Shown: positions 60,781 to 64,000 of the stretch, piece by piece | Layout of the letters: each line of letters begins with the position of its first letter | Numbering within the stretch: the first letter of the stretch is position 1 | From: the human T2T-CHM13v2.0 reference genome, Homo sapiens | Length of the DNA stretch: 64,000 bases | Strand: one strand, 5' to 3' | Assembly: GCF_009914755.1 (NCBI RefSeq) | Contig: NC_060925.1 | Program-made: the position numbers and the translations under genes | The notes under the pieces: model-generated | The model's database searches: none | What the model was told of the DNA's origin: nothing | What the model saw: only the letters and a program-made list of their open reading frames with translations

Positions 60781-61477
60781 GAACAGTTAAGGGATTTTCT
60801 CAAGGTCACACAAGTAGTGACAAAATTGGGTCTGCCTTGGTCTCCACTCCTAGTCTAATGGAGGGTCTCTATTTGTATTCTAATGGTGGATCCCTGCGGG
60901 GGTGCGGTCTGTCTTCCTTTATTGAGAAAGAGGATAATATACTGTTCTTCAAATACAGGGAATAGAGAACAAAAGAATTTTAAATACACAGGAACTCAAA
61001 TGACCAGAACCAGATTTAAATCTTAGCCTTTTTTCTCCAAGGGAAGAAGCTGTGGTAGGAAACAAGCATTTTCCTGTATTCTTTCCTTAGTGGAACACCT
61101 GTGAGACTTCATGGCTCTAACACTTCCAACCACAACCTTTAGTTATAAAATTGGGAACGTTCTGAAGGGGAATTTTTACATTTAGTCTTTTTAAGCCAAG
61201 ACTAAATGTAAAATATTCCCTCACTCCTGAATATCCAAAAGAGGAAGAGCATTATAAACGCAAGAACCTTGGTAGGCAAAACAGGATTCTATTTCTTTAT
61301 CCAATTTAACAAATATTTATATATACTATCTACTTTGTGCCAGGCACCATTTTAAGGGCTTTAAAAGTATCAGCTTGTTTAATCCCCACAGTATCCCTAG
61401 AAGATGCTTGTCAGCTAGAAGAACCCATCAGGAAGTTTTCTGAGAGTATTGGAGGAGTTTGAATAATGTGCTGGGTC

Positions 61478-62735
61478 TGTAGATTGAGTAATGTTGGCGT
61501 ACAGTGAGTGATGATGGTGTAGACTGAGTGATAATTGTGCAGATTGAGTGATGATGGCATAGGCTGAGTGACGATGGTGCACATTGAGTGATGATTGTGT
61601 AGAATGAGTGATGATGGCATACATTCAGTGATGATAGCACAGATTGAGTGATGATATTGCAGACTGAGTGATGATTGTGTAGACTGAGTGATGATGGTGT
61701 ACAATGAGTGCTGATAGCACAGACTGAGTTATGATAATGCAGACTGAGTGATGATCATGTAGACTGAGTGATGATGGCATACATTCAGTGATGATAGCAC
61801 ACATTGAGTGATGATAGGGCAGATTGAGTGATGATGGTATACATTGAGTGATGATGCTGTACATTGAGTAATGATAGCACAGATTGAGTGATGATAGTGC
61901 AGATTGAGTGATGATCATGTAGATTGAGTGACGATGGTGCACACTGAGTGATTATAGCACAGAATGAGTGATGATGGCATACAGAATGATGATAGCAGAG
62001 ATTGAGTGATGATAGTGCAGACTGAGTGATGATGGTGCACAGTGAGTGATGATAGCACAGAATGAGTGATGATGGTGCAGACTGAGTGATGATGGTGTAG
62101 ACTGAGGAATGATTGCATAAACTGAGTGATGATGGTGTAGACTGAGTGATGATTGCATAGACTGAGTGATGCTTGTGCAGATTGAAAAATGATGATGTAG
62201 ATTGAGTGACGATGGTGCAGACTGAGTGATGATGGTACAGACTGAGTGATGATGGTGTAGACTGAGTGATGATGATGCAGACTGATGATGATTGTGTAGA
62301 CTGAGTGATGACAGTGCAGACTGAGTGATGATTGTGTAGACTGAGTGATGATGGTGTAGACTGAGTGAAGATTGTGTAGGCTGAGTGATGATAGCGCAGA
62401 TTGAAAGATGATGATGTAGATTGAGTGATGATGGTGTAGACTGAGTGATGATGTGTAGACTGAGTGATGATGATGCAGACTGAGTGAAGATTGTGTAGAC
62501 TGAGTGATGAGTGCATAGACTGAGTGATGATTGTGTAGACTGAGTGATGATTGCATAGACTGAGTGACGATGATACAGACTGAGTGATGATGGTGTATAG
62601 ACTGAGTGAAGATTGTGTAGACTGAGTGATGAGTGCATAGACTGAGTGATGATTGTGTAGACTGAGTGAGGATGGTGCAGATTGAAAGATGATGATGTAG
62701 ACTGAGTGACTATGGTGCAAACTGAGTGAGGATGG
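61478..62735. repeat. Minisatellite/VNTR, 20-bp unit, consensus AGACTGAGTGATGATGGTGT, ~60 copies
   Basis: Directly visible tandem periodicity: constant core TGAGTGATGAT, variable remainder. Confidence 0.97.
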
Positions 62736-62789
62736 CCATCATGGCAGATGAAGGACTGAGGGGAGAGAACATAGAGGTGCGCAGAAATC

Positions 62790-63585
62790 TGCATGAGATT
62801 CCTGCAGCTGCAGAAGCAAATGACCTCATGCTGGGTGGCTTAAAACAGCACATTCATTCTCACCAATTATGGAGTCAAGAAGTAAAAAATCAGTTTCACT
62901 GGGCCCAAATCAAGTTGTTGGTGGGGCCATACTCCCCACTGGAGGCTCTAGGTGAGAATTCATTCCTTACCTCTTCCAGCTTTCTGTGGCTGCTGCCATT
63001 GCTTGGCTTGTGGCCGCATCATTCTAATCTCTCTTCCATCTTCACATCATCTCGGTGTGAGTCAAATCTCTCTTTCTCTTTCTCTTTCTCTTTCTCTTTC
63101 TCTCTCTCCTTCTCTTGAGACAGGGTCTTGCTCTCTCACCCAGATTGGAGTGCAGTGGTGTGATCATGGCTTACTGCGGCAGCTTCGACCTCCCGGGTTC
63201 AAGTGACCCTCCCACCTCAGCCTCCTGAGTAGCTGGGACTACAAGCATGCACCCACCATGTCCAGCTAATCCTTTTTTTTTTAACAGAGATGGGGTTTCA
63301 CCATGTTGCCCGGGCTGGTCTTGAACTCCTGGGCTCAAGCATCCTCCCCACTCGGCCTCTCAAAGTGCTCAGATTACTTTGGGTGTGTGAGCCACCACAC
63401 CCAGCCTCCCTCTGCTTCTTTCTTATAAGGACATTTGTGATGGCATTTAGGACCCACCTGGATAATTCAGAATAATCTTCCTAAGTCAAGATCCTTAATA
63501 ACCTCTGCAAAGACCCTTTTTTCAAGTAAGGTCACACTTACAAATCCCAGAGATCTTTGGGGGGGGCATTTTTCAGCCTCTCACA
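62790..63585 (-). mobile_element. MLT1 (MaLR) solo LTR, MLT1C/D-like, with nested AluJ
   Basis: TG...CA ends, 5-bp TSD AAATC (62785-62789 / 63586-63590); gggtggcttaaaacagca, ggaggctctagg..gaattcattcc, tctgcaaagaccc motifs. Confidence 0.87.
63115..63406 (-). mobile_element. AluJ with (CT/TTTCTC)n tail
   Basis: Antisense dimer inside the MLT1 LTR. Confidence 0.9.
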
Positions 63586-64000
63586 AAATCATCTGGCTAG
63601 TAGTATCCCTGCCAACCTACCCATCCACACACCCTCCCAAATTTGAGCAAGACTCTGCAAGGGAGCAGAACCCTTTATCTGCAGCTTCATCAAAGTTACA
63701 GAAAGGCAGATTTCAGGGCATTGCAGGAAGCTTTTTGAAAGGCACCTCAAAATGCAGTGAGCCACCTGCCCTCAGAGCTATGGCCGGATGTCTGTGATGG
63801 AGATTCCCACACTGGTCAAGAGGTGGATTTGATACAATGCTAAAGATTCCCTTGCAACATTTAAAGAAAGCCACTCTAATGCTTCCCTGTTTTCCAGAAG
63901 TCACCTTACTTGGACACCTTTGACAGAGAAACCAAGCAAACACCTGCTCTAGAGCTGAGCATTTACCATCTATCTATGGTCCTTAATTTGCATTCAAGGT

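Noticed and set aside
61478-62735. CRISPR-like array (constant core with variable spacers)
   Set aside because: The period is only 20 bp, the variable parts are ~7-9 nt and related to each other, there are no cas genes or leader, and the context is eukaryotic; it is a minisatellite.
61478-62735. Annotating the array as a cluster of box C/D snoRNA genes
   Set aside because: C-to-D spacing is ~9 nt rather than 50-100 nt, with no terminal stems, guide regions or host intron.
61785-62794. Long His-rich ORFs (311, 280, 213 aa) as protein-coding genes
   Set aside because: Openness follows from a stop-free repeat unit in all three frames; no promoter, splice structure or family similarity. Kept only as a speculative finding.

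Overview
Human (primate) genomic DNA, recognisable as the chr1q42 TTC13/ARV1 locus. The minus strand carries TTC13 coding exons 1-4 (ATG at 29308; 271+95+76+71 nt, all phases join); the gene continues off the left edge. The plus strand carries the complete ARV1 gene: five coding exons of 174+120+154+225+143 nt = 816 nt = 271 aa + stop, plus a non-coding last exon with several AATAAA signals. The two genes are head-to-head on a CpG-island bidirectional promoter, with start codons 275 bp apart. The rest is dense interspersed repeat: about 28 Alu/FLAM copies, a near full-length decayed L1PB-like element (~52.4-59.1 kb), L1M/L2/MIR remnants, an ERV1 solo LTR and an MLT1 LTR (both with TSDs), and Tigger3/MER44/MER53/MER5 DNA-transposon fossils. 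A ~1.25 kb minisatellite with a 20-bp unit lies at 61.5-62.7 kb. Almost all entries in the ORF track are Alu, L1, GC-rich or repeat artefacts. I find no CRISPR array, no tRNA/rRNA gene and no convincing novel protein-coding system. The best leads are an in-frame Alu cassette exon and a frameshifting micro-exon candidate in ARV1 intron 3, a 108-bp templated duplication in ARV1 intron 1, the mirror-image promoter architecture, and the minisatellite. Every unit of the minisatellite carries C-box/D-box-like motifs on the + strand and is stop-free on the - strand; any function for it is speculative. Repeat subfamily names come from recognising consensus sequences by eye, and boundaries of old repeats are approximate.
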